Part shown: in pieces, positions 26,369 to 39,371 of the stretch
Layout of the letters: every line of letters begins with the position of its first letter
Position numbering within the stretch: position 1 is the stretch's first letter
The notes under the pieces: generated by a model
Told to the model about the DNA's origin: nothing
The model's database searches: none
The model's input: only the letters and a program-made list of their open reading frames with translations
NCBI GenBank assembly: GCA_951406725.2
Contig: OX597816.1
Location: forward strand, 120,900,001-120,964,000
Source: Octopus vulgaris
Lineage: Eukaryota
Direction: 5' to 3'
DNA length: 64,000 nucleotides
Made by a program: the position numbers and the translations under genes

Positions 26369-26403
26369 GTTTCTGATGAAGAGCTCCGCTTGAAACGTAA
26401 AAC
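26369..26403 (+). ncRNA. Minimal type I hammerhead ribozyme motif (element ~26300-26490)
   Basis: gttt-CTGATGA-A-GAGC-tcc-GCTT-GAAA-C-GTA^-aaac: stem I gttt/aaac, stem II GAGC/GCTT, palindromic ACGT in place of stem III. Confidence 0.7.
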
Positions 26404-27005
26404 CCTCCTTCTTTCCTTCCTTCCTGAGCATCCAATAATACTATATTTGTTCCACGTTCTCGCGTTGTTGTGTTTTCATGTTTGGATTAAATATATATAT
26501 ATGTATAATGATGATGATAATAATAATACACACATGCACACACACACGTACACACACACACACAGACACACATACACACATACAAAGGTAACGAATGGTC
26601 TTCCACCCCCCTTCCTCTTGCTTTCTCCTGTATCCTCTTCCTCTCACTCATTTCTTAGTGTCAATGTCTTTTAAAGAAGGAAAGTATTGTAGCTACAAAG
26701 AAAGATTCCTTTTTTGTCGTTATCTCTGATTTTATCTCAACAAAAGAGTTATGGCCCCTGTATGTGTTTGGCATCATGTGTGAATGTGCAATATGTTTAT
26801 GATTACACACACATGCATAATTACATCCACATTCAACTTAAAATTATTAATTTTTTTTTTTCTGTGGCTAACTGAGGTAATAGTGTTTTAGAATTATCTT
26901 GGTTTATTTGCATACTTACACAGACTCACTCATGCATAAAGATGTGTGTGTCTGTCATTATATATGAGAGCGTGTGTGTATTTATGTTATACATACATAC
27001 ATGCA

Positions 27006-27420
27006 GGCGGCGAGCTGGCAGAAATGTTAGCACACCAGGCGAAATGCTTAGTGGTATTTCGTCTGCTGTTATGTTCTGAGTTCAAATTCTGCCGAGGTCG
27101 ACTTTGCCTTTCATCCTTTCGGGGTCGATAAATTAAGTTCCAGATGAATACTGGGGTCGATGTAGTCGACTTAATCCGTTTGTCTGTCCTTGTTTGTTCC
27201 CTCTGTGTTTAGCCCCTTGAGGGTAGTAAAGAAATAGGTATTTCCTCTGCCTTTACGTTCTGAGTTCAAATTCCGCTGAGGTCAACCTTGCCTGTCATCC
27301 TTTCAGGGTTGATATATAAAGTACCATTTATGCACTGGGGTTGATGTAATCAACTTAATCCCTTTGTCTGTCTTTGTTTGTCTCCCTCTATGTTTAGCCC
27401 TTGTGGGCAATAAAGAAATA
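27006..27420 (+). mobile_element. Family-B SINE, well preserved, with its 3' half tandemly duplicated; similar copy at 47178-47402
   Basis: ggcggcgagctggcagaaatgttagc...gagttcaaattctgccgaggtcgactttgcctttcatcctttcggggtcgataaattaag...tttagccccttg; the 3' half repeats at ~27237-27420. Confidence 0.85.
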
Positions 27421-28323
27421 TATACTTACATACATGTGTGTGTGTGTGTGTGTGTTTGCCTGTGTGTGTGTTTTATGTGTAAATAGTGTGGCTGTGTGGT
27501 AAATAATGTTTCCCAACCATATCATTCCTGCTTCAGTCCCATTGCATGACACCTTGGGCAAGTGTTTGCTAACCAAACCTTTTGAATGAATTTGGTGGAC
27601 AGAACCTGAAAGTAGCCCATCTTTTCTATCCATCTGTCAATCTTTCTGTCTATATCTATTTATGTATGTATACCAAAGCTTCACAACTGATGTTTGTTTG
27701 TTTACATCCCCATAACTTAGCAGTTTGGCAAAGAAATAGAGTGATACAAGTATCATGCTTTAAAGAATAAATACTATGATTGATTGATTCAACTAAAACC
27801 CCTCAAGGTGGTACTCCAGCATGACCACTGTCCAGTGATTGAAATGAAATATATGTGTGTATACATGTGTGTGTGTGTATATGTATATGTGTGCATACAT
27901 ATATATGCATTTGTATATATATTTATGTCTTGCCTATATATGTCTGTATATATATGTAGCTATGTACAAGCGTCTATATGTTTAGTGTATAGATGTATAT
28001 TATAGATGATTTGGTCCATGGATATACTGCTAAATGTATATGTAATCCAACATGAAAATTTTTTTTAATGGATATAACTTTTAATGTATTGATTAATATT
28101 TTACAGATAATTATTTACCCTGGGTATTCTGCCCTTCTTTATAAGCTATTTTCAATTTAAGGTTTTCTTAGATTTTTTATAATAAGATGATGTTTTTATA
28201 CCACAATTTTTTCATTGCATGCAACCATCATTGTAAAGACTGTTAGTTGAAAGGACCAATGAAACAAAGCCATTTTCAAATGTGTATCTATTAAACTAAT
28301 TGTATATTTTTGCTTATCTAAAC

Positions 28324-28369
28324 AAAACTGTCCGATGAATGGGAACGTGAAACTCTGAGTAACAGTTTT
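28324..28369 (+). ncRNA. Type I hammerhead ribozyme motif (U4C core variant)
   Basis: aaaactgt-CCGATGA-atg-GGAA-cgt-GAAA-ctctga-GTA^-acagtttt: 8-bp stem I, GNRA-capped stem II, near-palindromic stem III ACTCTGAGT. Confidence 0.7.
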
Positions 28370-28475
28370 TCGTGCTGCTTTTTAATAAAGCATATTACTC
28401 TACCTCTGGTATTCGAGTACTATTTTTTCCACCTTGTTTCGCATTCATGTTCTTACTCTGGTATGTATGTATATG

Positions 28476-28521
<46 letters not shown>

Positions 28522-31039
28522 CACACACACTCTCACACATATACATATGTACATACACATATTCACACACACAAACGTACGCACAACTATATATTATATA
28601 GATTCACATATATACATATACACAAATATATATATTGTAGTTTGGAGAACATTTTCAGCATTCTCTGCAATACTGTTTTGGAAATAAGTCTTCCCATACA
28701 TCATTGCTTTTCTTCTGGTGCTTTTGGTGGTTGGCGAGTGCTTGGCTTGGACAGGTGTCAAAAACATGTTCCAGCATGTTTTTCCTCTCGCTTTACTTTC
28801 TTTGATCTGCTGGAAAACTGTGGTATGAAACCTTTGCTAAGCCTGCAACCCTTTTAGACTCCTACCATGGTTCTTTAGTTTTTAAAACTGGAAGTTGGGC
28901 CAATTGGAGGTGTGGAACTTGGTGAATTCTTACTCTGATTTATGTTTTCAGTTATTTCCCACCTGAATGGTGGTGTACGTTGGTTGTCTATTATTGCATC
29001 CATATGCTCTTTTGTGTTGTATGTGTGTGTGTGTGTGTGTGTGTGTGAATATTAATGCTATGTGGTGAAACAGGTTTTTTTTTGTATTATTTGTTTTTCT
29101 CCTAATGCATTGGTATGTAGAATGGGACAATTCCATAGCTTTTGCTCTTCAGAACAATTTAAAATTTAATAGCACGTTTACTTGTTTATTAATATTGTTC
29201 TTTATCAATTTTACACAAACTTTCATATGAAAAAATCGCATGCACACTCACATGCATGCACACTCACATGCATGCACACACACACACACACACATATCAA
29301 AAGCTCAGAAGCATACACACAACACATGTGATCATTGTTGAGTAGGTGCTTAACTGTTATTACATCCTAACTGATGATTTTATCATATTTCCCAATGTTA
29401 GTTATTCTGTGTATAATGTTTGTGAAAAGAGAACTTGTAGATGTACATCACACACACACACACACACATGCATGCACACACATACACACACGCACGCACG
29501 GACACAAGCACACACACACTTACATAGTAATCATATTCACTTGATTATTTATCCTTAATGGGGTGCCCATGTTTATCCAGAAAATTAATTGCAGCTTATT
29601 TTATATTGGAAAAACCTAGTTGGTTGCTGGTTGACTGTTTAGGAAATACTTGTTGGATGGCCATTACAACAATGCTAGCTCTCTCAAACCTGAAGTCATT
29701 CATTTCAATCCTCCAGGCTACATCCATCTACATCTTGCCATTTGTAGCACAGTACATGGATCTCATGTCTCCTGCTTGTATCATGAACAACAGGTAAAGA
29801 AAAAATTGGTATTCTGCCAGTTATGACAACATGGGCTCCAGTTGATCCAATCAATGGAACAGCCTGCTCATAAAATTAACTTACAAGTGGCTGAGCACTC
29901 CACAGATGCATGTAGCCTTAATGCCGTTCTCAAGGAGATTCAGCATGACACAGAATGTGACAAGGCTGGCCCTTTGAAATACAAGTACTACACATCTTTT
30001 GCCAGCTGAGTGGACTAGAGCAGTGCGAAATAAAGTGTCTTGCTCAAGGATACAACACATTGCCAGGAATTTAACTCATGACCTTACTATCACGAGCAGA
30101 CTACCCCTAACCACTAAGCCATGTACCTTCACATATGAACAACAGTTAATTTTTCAGTTAAATGCAGGCTACCTCAACTTAGATTAACATTTGCAATCAG
30201 TATTTCTCCAACACATCATTCCAAATATCAACAGTGGCCATTTTCTTGTTCTTTAGTGACAAATAGCAAATATATAAATGTATCAGCCCATCTGCTCAGG
30301 TTGTTTTTCTTTTCTTTTACCTTTTTTCTTTTTCCCTCTGATCAAAGATAGTCAATCAGATCAGCCTCCAGTTATACTGAAGGTGTTCAGAGGCTGAAGT
30401 TTGATGTTCAGTATCTGTTGCTTAAAAAGTCCATTTCAGCTTATGCATAAGAAACAGGTCTCTTATTGATGACCAGCTGATTTTTTTCACCCATCACATT
30501 ATTTGATGAAATAAACAAAAATAGTTATTAATCATTTTCTTTTACTTAGAATATAATATCAAATATCAAAATTATGAAAAAAATTGAAACCTAGTGATTT
30601 TCAATTTTGGGAGTGGTGTGGAAATGGACATAGGCTATATTGATACTATCTATAATTATTTTATGAAAATTTAAATTTTTATGTATTAACTTAGATCATT
30701 TAAATAAATAAAGATTTCTCTTTCATTCATAAGCAGTTTGCATTATGCTTGCACCATTCGAACGTGGGCGATGCCAGTGCTGCCTTGACTGGCTTCCGTG
30801 CTGGTGGCACGTAAAAAGCACCCACTACACTCACGGAGTGGTTGGTTTTAGGAAGGGCATCCAGCTGAAGAAACACTGCCAGATCAGACTTGAGCCTGGT
30901 ACAGCCCCCTGGCTTCCATGACCCCGGTCGAACCGTCTTACCCATGCTAGCATGGAAAACGGACGTTAAACAATGATGATATATATATATATATATATAT
31001 ATCATAAGAACGGTCTTCCCACAGACCCAGTGCCCCTAG

Positions 31040-31563
31040 CAAGCTCTCCGTAGAGTATGTCCTTGGGGATTCTGCCATCTTCCATACGGCTAATATGTCC
31101 AAGCCATCTCATATGTCTTTGTGTGAGGAGTGCAAACATGCTTGGTATTCCTGCTTGCTTGAGGACATCTTTGTTGGGGACATGATTCTGCCATTTGATA
31201 CAAGGATGTTTGCAAAAGGGACATGAAGGCCTGCATCATCAATATTAGCAACTGGGAAGCAATTGCCAGCAACCATGGAGATTTGCGACATACTGTAAAA
31301 GAGGGAACACAAAGGAGTGACAGAGAGAGAGAGAGAGAGAGAGAGAAGAAATGGAAAGACAATAAAAGATATCAACAAGAAACTATGACATAACAACCAG
31401 CCAGACAAAGTCTTCACTACATTTGTGGTACCTGCCAGAGGGAGTGTTTGTCCAGGATAGGACTACACGGCCACAGCAGGAAATGTATTAGGGCATGAAA
31501 TGTGAAAGCCAGACTAGATTATTTTATGCACAACTCCATTGTCTCCCGAGACAAAAAGGATGC

Positions 31564-31575
<12 letters not shown>
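31040..31575 (+). pseudogene. 3' end of an RTE-clade LINE
   Basis: YKDVCKRDMKACIINISNWEAIASNH..LRHTVKEG and YICGTCQRECLSRIGLHGHSRKC; 3' UTR ccattgtctcccgagacaaaaaggatgcc followed by (CAA)n. Confidence 0.7.
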
Positions 31576-31613
<38 letters not shown>

Positions 31614-31689
31614 TACATACATACATTATACACACACACACATATATATATATATGTGTGTATGTGTTTGTGTGTGTATACACACATAT

Positions 31690-31905
31690 ATATATTGTAT
31701 AAAGGATTGTGGGTAAGGCCAGAACAATGCGAAGTAAATGCAAAGCAAATTACAAGAAAACAAATATATGAATTATTGTAGACTTACCTTTTATTCAATA
31801 TTTCAAGGTTATGACCCCATTTTCAGCGTGTGTGGAGTGGACATGTGAGGAAAGGTGTTGCTATAGCAACACCTTTATAACACCCACAATCCTTTATACA
31901 ATATA
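31690..31905 (-). mobile_element. Small TA-flanked element with 24-bp inverted arms and a degenerate hammerhead-like core
   Basis: Arms tatattgtataaaggattgtgggt / acccacaatcctttatacaatata; internal hairpin aaggtgttgctatagcaacacctt; minus strand CTGAAAA-T-GGGG-tcata-ACCTT-GAAA (31826-31801) without clear stem I pairing. Confidence 0.45.
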
Positions 31906-31911
31906 TGTGCA

Positions 31912-31953
<42 letters not shown>

Positions 31954-34430
31954 TATATATACATTATCGAAAGTGATAAATATGTAATATGTATGTGTAT
32001 ATATATATATATTTAAGCAAACTCATATACATCCCATCATGCACACCCATACATTAAAGGCCCAGTCACCAATTTCTATCTAATTATGACTAACTTTGAA
32101 AACACACCTTCTTCTTGTACTTGCATGTACATATGTTTGTGTGTATGTGTTGGTGTCTGTCTGCGTGTGTGTGTGTTGAGTTTGGACTCACACCCCCTAA
32201 CAATCGCTTTATGTAGGTCACCGCAGTAACTGTTTTGTCACTAATGAGGGTTGTAAGTAAATTAGTTACATGATTAATGTTTAATGTTTGGGTTTGAAAT
32301 GGAAATATAATTACATATTGCAATTTCTTTCTTCCAGCAAACTGAGCTTTGATTATGCTTTTAAATAGGCTGTAGTGGTCTTTTTGTGTTTGTGTTGTTG
32401 CTGCTGTGGAAGTGTAGGAGGATTATAGTGGAGGCAGAATAACTACAATTACAAATTGGATGTATTTGTGTACTTCCAATGCAGAAATCTATTGTAATGT
32501 GTCAGATTGAGCTATTTTATCTTTAAGCACCTACTGATGTAAGTTGTCATTCAGCGCCAAGATGGCTATGACTTAGCAGATCTTTGATGAAAACCAATCT
32601 AGCAATGTTCACTTTGTCTTTTTTAAATATCAAGGTCTACATTGCCCAGATTTGGAGGAATATCTGGTTGCAGTATTAGATTAAAATAGCTCATGATTCT
32701 TCTATCACTATTTTCCATATCAGCAGTGATGGATTTCATCTTAGCATGTGGATGGCAGAGAATGCCTGCAACTGATGAAGCACAAAAAGGCAGAAATGTA
32801 GAGTGAGCTTTCTCATCTGCCACTTCTGGATGATTTTTGTCTGCCACCAAAACAGTTTGTGCTATGAAACACAGCATGTCCATAAAAGCGACTATCTCTG
32901 AATGAGTACCTCAGTAAACTTGCCTTCTTGCAATGTATTTACATTGTGTCACACAGATAGCTATTTTAATATAGTACTGCTTCTATTGCACCCAATAGAC
33001 AGGCAGACACACACGAGTCACACATGGTTGCAAAACAAACTTCTTAACCACACAACCACACAACCATGCCCAAGCAATTTATAAAAACACATCATATCAT
33101 TTTCAAGTTTAGTAGAAACACTTCCCCCACCCTCTGAAATTATGTATCCAACATGAAGCCATCCAGGTAAAAAGTAAATAATAAACATGAAATCTTTCTG
33201 GTAAAGCACTTATGTGTGGTCTCCTATTGAATGGCAGGAATTAATGGAATGAAGGAAACTGAATGAGGGTCCTTGTAATTTCTCATTATTTCATTGTTGA
33301 AGGACAAGGATGAAGACAATGTGGGAAGATGCTACAACAAACTGACATGATTTTAATTGATAAAATGTCAAAATTGCTGTAGAAGGAAGTATAGTCTTCT
33401 ATAGTCTTGATGTCTTTATTCTTTCTCACCACTTATCTGTTATACATTGTTAAAGAAGCTGTATTGAAATAGCATACTAATGTGGCACTAATTCAATAAA
33501 TTGGACCTTATGTCCCTAACTTACATTGACACTTACTGTATTGTGTTGTTGAATAGCCTTATTTATCACTGTCCATATATGGCATGATGATGGCCAGTCA
33601 GTTAACAGGGACATACTGATTTAATGTTCAGAAAGGAAATGGCTGGATAGTTATGGCATTATGCTATATAGCTTATAGATCATGAGTTCAAATCCATTGC
33701 TTGTGGTTTGATATGTTTTTGTTTTTTTTGGATAGTATACTTAATTTCACGTGCCTGAGTTCATTTAGTTTCTGGAAATAGGTGCCAGGTCATCTGAGAA
33801 TGTTACCTGAAATAGCTTGATGCCCTCTCTAGGAGAAGATTATTCTGCATCTGATTAACTCTATGACTCCTTAAGAGCTTATTATAGCTACTGTAAATGT
33901 CTATATAGATATCTATATATCTAACACATTGCACATTTTATGCTTCAGTTTGGTTTAAGGGATCACACTGCATGCCTTCACTTACTTTGCACTTCAGAGC
34001 TATCCATCATATTTACTAGCTCATCAAACTTCCATTTTTTTCTATACAATTTTATCACAGTCTTTCAAAATATACTACAGAGTGTCCCACCTCCAAGAAA
34101 GGTAACCTTTCTAATGCTGCCCATGTCAGTCTATGTGTATTATGTCCAACATTAAAAAAAATGAGAAAGTGCTCTGTTAACAATCACCTTCTCCATTTTG
34201 AGTCACTCTCCCTACTCAGTGACTGCCAGCATGGTTTCCATAGCATCTCAGACAACAAAGACCTATTCTTTTGTTTCCTGCTCTTTTATGTCACTTACTG
34301 GTGGTCACTCATCATCATCATCATCTTTTAATGTCCATCTTCCATGGCATGGGTTGGATGGTTTGACAGGTACTGGCCAGGCAGAAGACTCTACAAATCC
34401 TAAATTTTATTTTAGAATTTATGGGCTCAA

Positions 34431-34485
34431 CTGTCTTTGAAGACTCATTTTCGGTGAATGCTTGAAATATGGTGTAGATAGACAG
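34431..34485 (+). ncRNA. Degenerate hammerhead motif
   Basis: ctgtct-TTGAAGA-ctcattttcggtgaatgctt-GAAA-tatggt-GTA-gat-agacag; C3 is mutated. A second CTGATGA lies at 34493. Confidence 0.4.
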
Positions 34486-34985
34486 CCAACAACTGATGAA
34501 GGGTCAGTCTCTGTTTACTTGTCCCGTTTGCCAATTTTTCTCTCGTTGTTTGTGTATTTAAGTCATTTGTTTTCGTATTTCATGTTGTTTACACAGTTCA
34601 TGATGTCCTGTACCCATATATATCTCTCTTTACTCTTTTACTTGTTTCAGTCATTTGACCCCAGGACTTATTCTTTGTAAGCCTAGTACTTATTCTATCG
34701 GTCTCTTTTGTTGAACCACTAAGTAACGGGGGCGTAAACATACCAGCATCGGTTGTCAAGCGATGTTGGGGGGACAAACACACATATATACATATATATA
34801 TACGACAGGCTTCTTTCAGTTTTCGTCTACCAAATCCACTCACAAGGCTTTGGTCGGCCCGAGGCTATAGTGCAAGACACTTTTCCAAGGTGCCACGCAG
34901 TGGGACTGAACCCGGAACCGTGTGGCTAGTAAGCAAGCTACTTACCACACAGCCATTCCTGCGCCTATACACAGCCACTCCTGCG

Positions 34986-35033
<48 letters not shown>

Positions 35034-35904
35034 CATATACACACACACATATATCTATTATTTATATTATATGTGTGTATGTGCATCTTCTTTGTGTCTG
35101 TGTTATCCCCATCACTTGACAACCGCTGTTGGTATGTTTACATCCCCGTAACTTAGCAGTTCGGCAAAAGAGGCTGATAGAATAAGTACTAGGCTTACAA
35201 AGAATAAGTCCTGGGGTTGATTTATTCAACTAAAACCCTTTAAAGCAGTGCTCCAGCATGGCTGCAGTCAGATGACTGAAACAAGTAAAAGAATAGATCT
35301 ACGCAATCAGGGTGAACTGGGATCAGTGCCATCTTAAAGCATGGACACATTGAGTAGTTACCTGAGGGCCTCATGGGTTTAAGGGCCAAATTTTGATCTA
35401 TATATGCTGTGGTTTGCCTGGGGTATGACAATGCTGTTAAAATAGTTCTGCTTGGGACTAAACAGCAATTTTCTCTCTTTTACCTTCTTTCACACACACA
35501 TGCGCACACACACACACACACAAACAAACACACTTCTGAGCTGCAGCACAAAGGGGTCCTTATCAGGGTTTTGCAAGGGCAAATTTATCAGACCTTGTAA
35601 ACAGAAAACTAGATCTTCTCTCTGTCTCCATATATCATCTGCTTTTTTCATGCTTTTTTTTTATGTGTGTGTGTAACTTCTTTTTTTTTCTGCTTGCCAT
35701 AAAGCCTGTTGATTGGCTGCCTAATTGCTAACTGGCTTGTTTGTTTTATACCACAATAATTTGTTCTCCTTCCCTAACCTTGACCCACTGACAATTCTTG
35801 CCAAACATATGCCTCTATATCTTCTTCACATGCATCATATGATGGTGATACACACACACACACACACACACACACACTGTGTGCGTGCACACAAGCACAC
35901 ATGT

Positions 35905-36639
<735 letters not shown>

Positions 36640-37756
36640 TGCTACGGAATCCCCCGTCGTCGCTCGCCCGAACGGCCCACTAGTTCGCCACGGAACCCAA
36701 AGAGGAGGAGAGAGAGGAGAGACACCGCAACAACAACAACCTCAGCAGCACAGAGATACAGAGGCACAACCCGAGATACAACCCAAAGAGAGGCAAGGCA
36801 ACAGAGACACTGGCTTATATTCAAACAACAGTTTATATGACAATCAATTGCTACACATCAAATACATTTAAGGCAGACATTTAAAGGAAGACATGCACGT
36901 GACTACTCAATACATCATACAACAGATCAAAGCATAATACAACAGCAATTCAAGAGTACAGTTCAAAGTTCACGTCCGAAGACAACAGTTCTTTAAAGTC
37001 TCTTTCTAAACATCACAGATAAAGTCACATCAACAAGTCCTTTACTCAATTCTGAACATAAATACCACAACTCGATAATCGACATATCGACAAGTCCTTG
37101 ACTGTTCTTTCCACTGTTCAATACATCGTGACACGTATCAATGCACAAACACATACCTCAATTCCTAATTGAATCGCCAGTGTCCCATTCCTCTCAATAC
37201 TGCTAAATCCTCTGTACATATCCCTTCTGTGCCGCCAAGCTTTCTCGCATCCCAGCTTGCTCGCTAAGATTCCAACGCCTCTAAGATTCCATCTACTCGC
37301 TCTGACTTCCAGGATCCGACTGTCTTCTTCGAGGACCGGCCAGCGACTCCAAGATCCGTCTGTGTTCCTCGACGACCGCTCAACGACTGCCAAGACCTCA
37401 CTTCGTCTCTGTGCTTCTTCCACTCCCTCATCTCCCTCTGTACCGCTCATACCCTCTCTAACTGTCCCTTAGTCTTATACTCTACCTCTCTCATGACAGC
37501 TCTGCCAAACTCTCTGCCTGTCCTTCTCTCCTACTGTCAATACCCTCTCCATCTGCTCTTAGATTCCCTTAATCTGTCCTCCTCTTCACTTCTTCAAGGG
37601 GTGCTTAGAATGACCTCCAATCAACCGCACAAGGCCAGAAAGGTCTCATTAATCTCCCAGTAGACAAAGGACCCCCCCCGTCACATTTTTACCAGACATA
37701 CTGGAACCATATCCACGATGTGGGTCAGAAACACTGCACTAGTTAAACCCGTAACA
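36640..37756 (-). mobile_element. Solo LTR (1117 bp), probably Gypsy-type, in (TA)n
   Basis: Termini TGCTACGG...CCGTAACA with ATAT on both sides; shares the start acggaatccc and the block ggctta-att--aacaacagtttata (minus-strand poly(A)-like signal) with the 51026 element; no internal gag/pol. Confidence 0.7.
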
Positions 37757-37787
37757 ATATATATATACATACAAATATGTGTGTTTG

Positions 37788-37822
<35 letters not shown>

Positions 37823-38715
37823 ATATATATATATAATGTTCATCATTGTCATATAAATATATGTTGTGTATTTTTGTGTTCCTCAGTGTGTCTGTGTAGA
37901 CATACAAATGTATTTATATCTTATATATATATTTACAAGTCTACTATTTGAATATGTAGACATTTAGATAAAACAGAGATGCAAGTATATAATAAATCAT
38001 GTACACACACACACACATACATTCATACATATGATTTATTCATAGACTGATTTTTTTTTTTTGTGGATAAGTTTAAATGTAACATTGAATTGATCTTTTA
38101 ATAAGCATACAATTTTAGCTTGGTTGTGAAAAGTAAACAAAGTCGTTATTCTATAAGCTTTATCTGTCCGTAGTCCTAAAAAAAGTGGAATCTGACTAGT
38201 TTCTAGTCTTTTATGGCCTTCGTTTAAGAATGTGTATCCATATATATCCTTCTGTCTACGGGGTATTAGCATATAGCTACCTATTTTGTACAGAAACTAA
38301 AACTTAGCTAAATAGGTCACTCTGCTCATTTAACTTATTCATTCATAGTGCACTGTGGATTAATTAATTGATTAATTAATTTGCCCATAAATAGATGCAG
38401 GCATAGCTGTGTGTTTGAGAGGCTCACGTAGGAACCACAAGAAATGTATAGCAGACTTATCCAGTTCATGTCAGCAAGGAATAATGGACACTGAAATGGT
38501 GATAATAAAAGGTTCCACATAAAAAGCATTGGTGTGGATGCATTGGTGCCACGTAAAAAGCACTGATGATGGTGTTTTGTAAAAAAGCACTCAATGCACT
38601 TTATAAAGTGTTTGGCATTCTGAAGGGCATCCAGCTGTAGAAATCAAGCCAAAATAGACAATGGAACCTGATCTTGCCAGTTCCTGTCAAGCTATCCAAT
38701 GGATCGGATGGCTTG

Positions 38716-39371
38716 ATGACAGCATGATGATGATGATGATTAGGAGGAGGAGCAGGAGGATGTCACCAGTGATGATGATGATGGTGAACTCACTTATAAA
38801 ACTAGTTTTGTGTGTGTGTGTGTGTACTCACTTGGTACTGTGCTATTGATTGTAGGACATCAAATGAAGATGGACATCCAGTATGGCTGGTCATTTTTCA
38901 TCAGGTTCATGTTTGTAATACTACTACAAGTAGAAGGATAAACTGGACATGCACTATGCCTTAAAAAAAAAAATTGTAAGTTCGAAATATAAATGATCCT
39001 TTTCATCAGTCTATTGGGTCATCATCAGATGATAGACCTGGTCTGAATCATTACAGCAGACTGGACTCTGCTGAAACCACCCAAGAGACCAGAGGTGTAG
39101 ACCTGATCCAGTTGATGGATCAGGTCTACTATAGAAAGACAGGTCAGCTTGACAAGCTTCTGTACAGTTGCCAAATTTCTACCCAGTTTCATTTGCATGG
39201 TTTGAATCTGACCAAGGATATTGCAGAAGACACTTGTGGCATAATACAATGAAATTATGACAGCATGATGATGATGATGATTAGGAGGAGGAGGCAGGAG
39301 GATGTCACCAGTGATGATGATGATGGTGAACTCACTTATAAAAACTAGTTTTGTGTGTGTGTGTGTACTCA
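38716..39371 (+). repeat. Two ~115-bp direct repeats (38716-38830 and 39257-39371) around a ~425-bp insert
   Basis: atgacagcatgatgatgatgatgattaggaggagga(g)gcaggaggatgtcaccagtgatg...aaaactagttttgtgtg...gtactca occurs twice, nearly identical. Confidence 0.85.

Noticed and set aside
37118-37472. 110-aa and 71-aa ORFs inside the solo LTR
   Set aside because: No gag, pol or env motifs; explained by the locally higher GC content.
39016-39083. Possible type III hammerhead (GTC...CAGATGA...GAAAC)
   Set aside because: Only 5 nt are available for stem I and the core has a mismatch.
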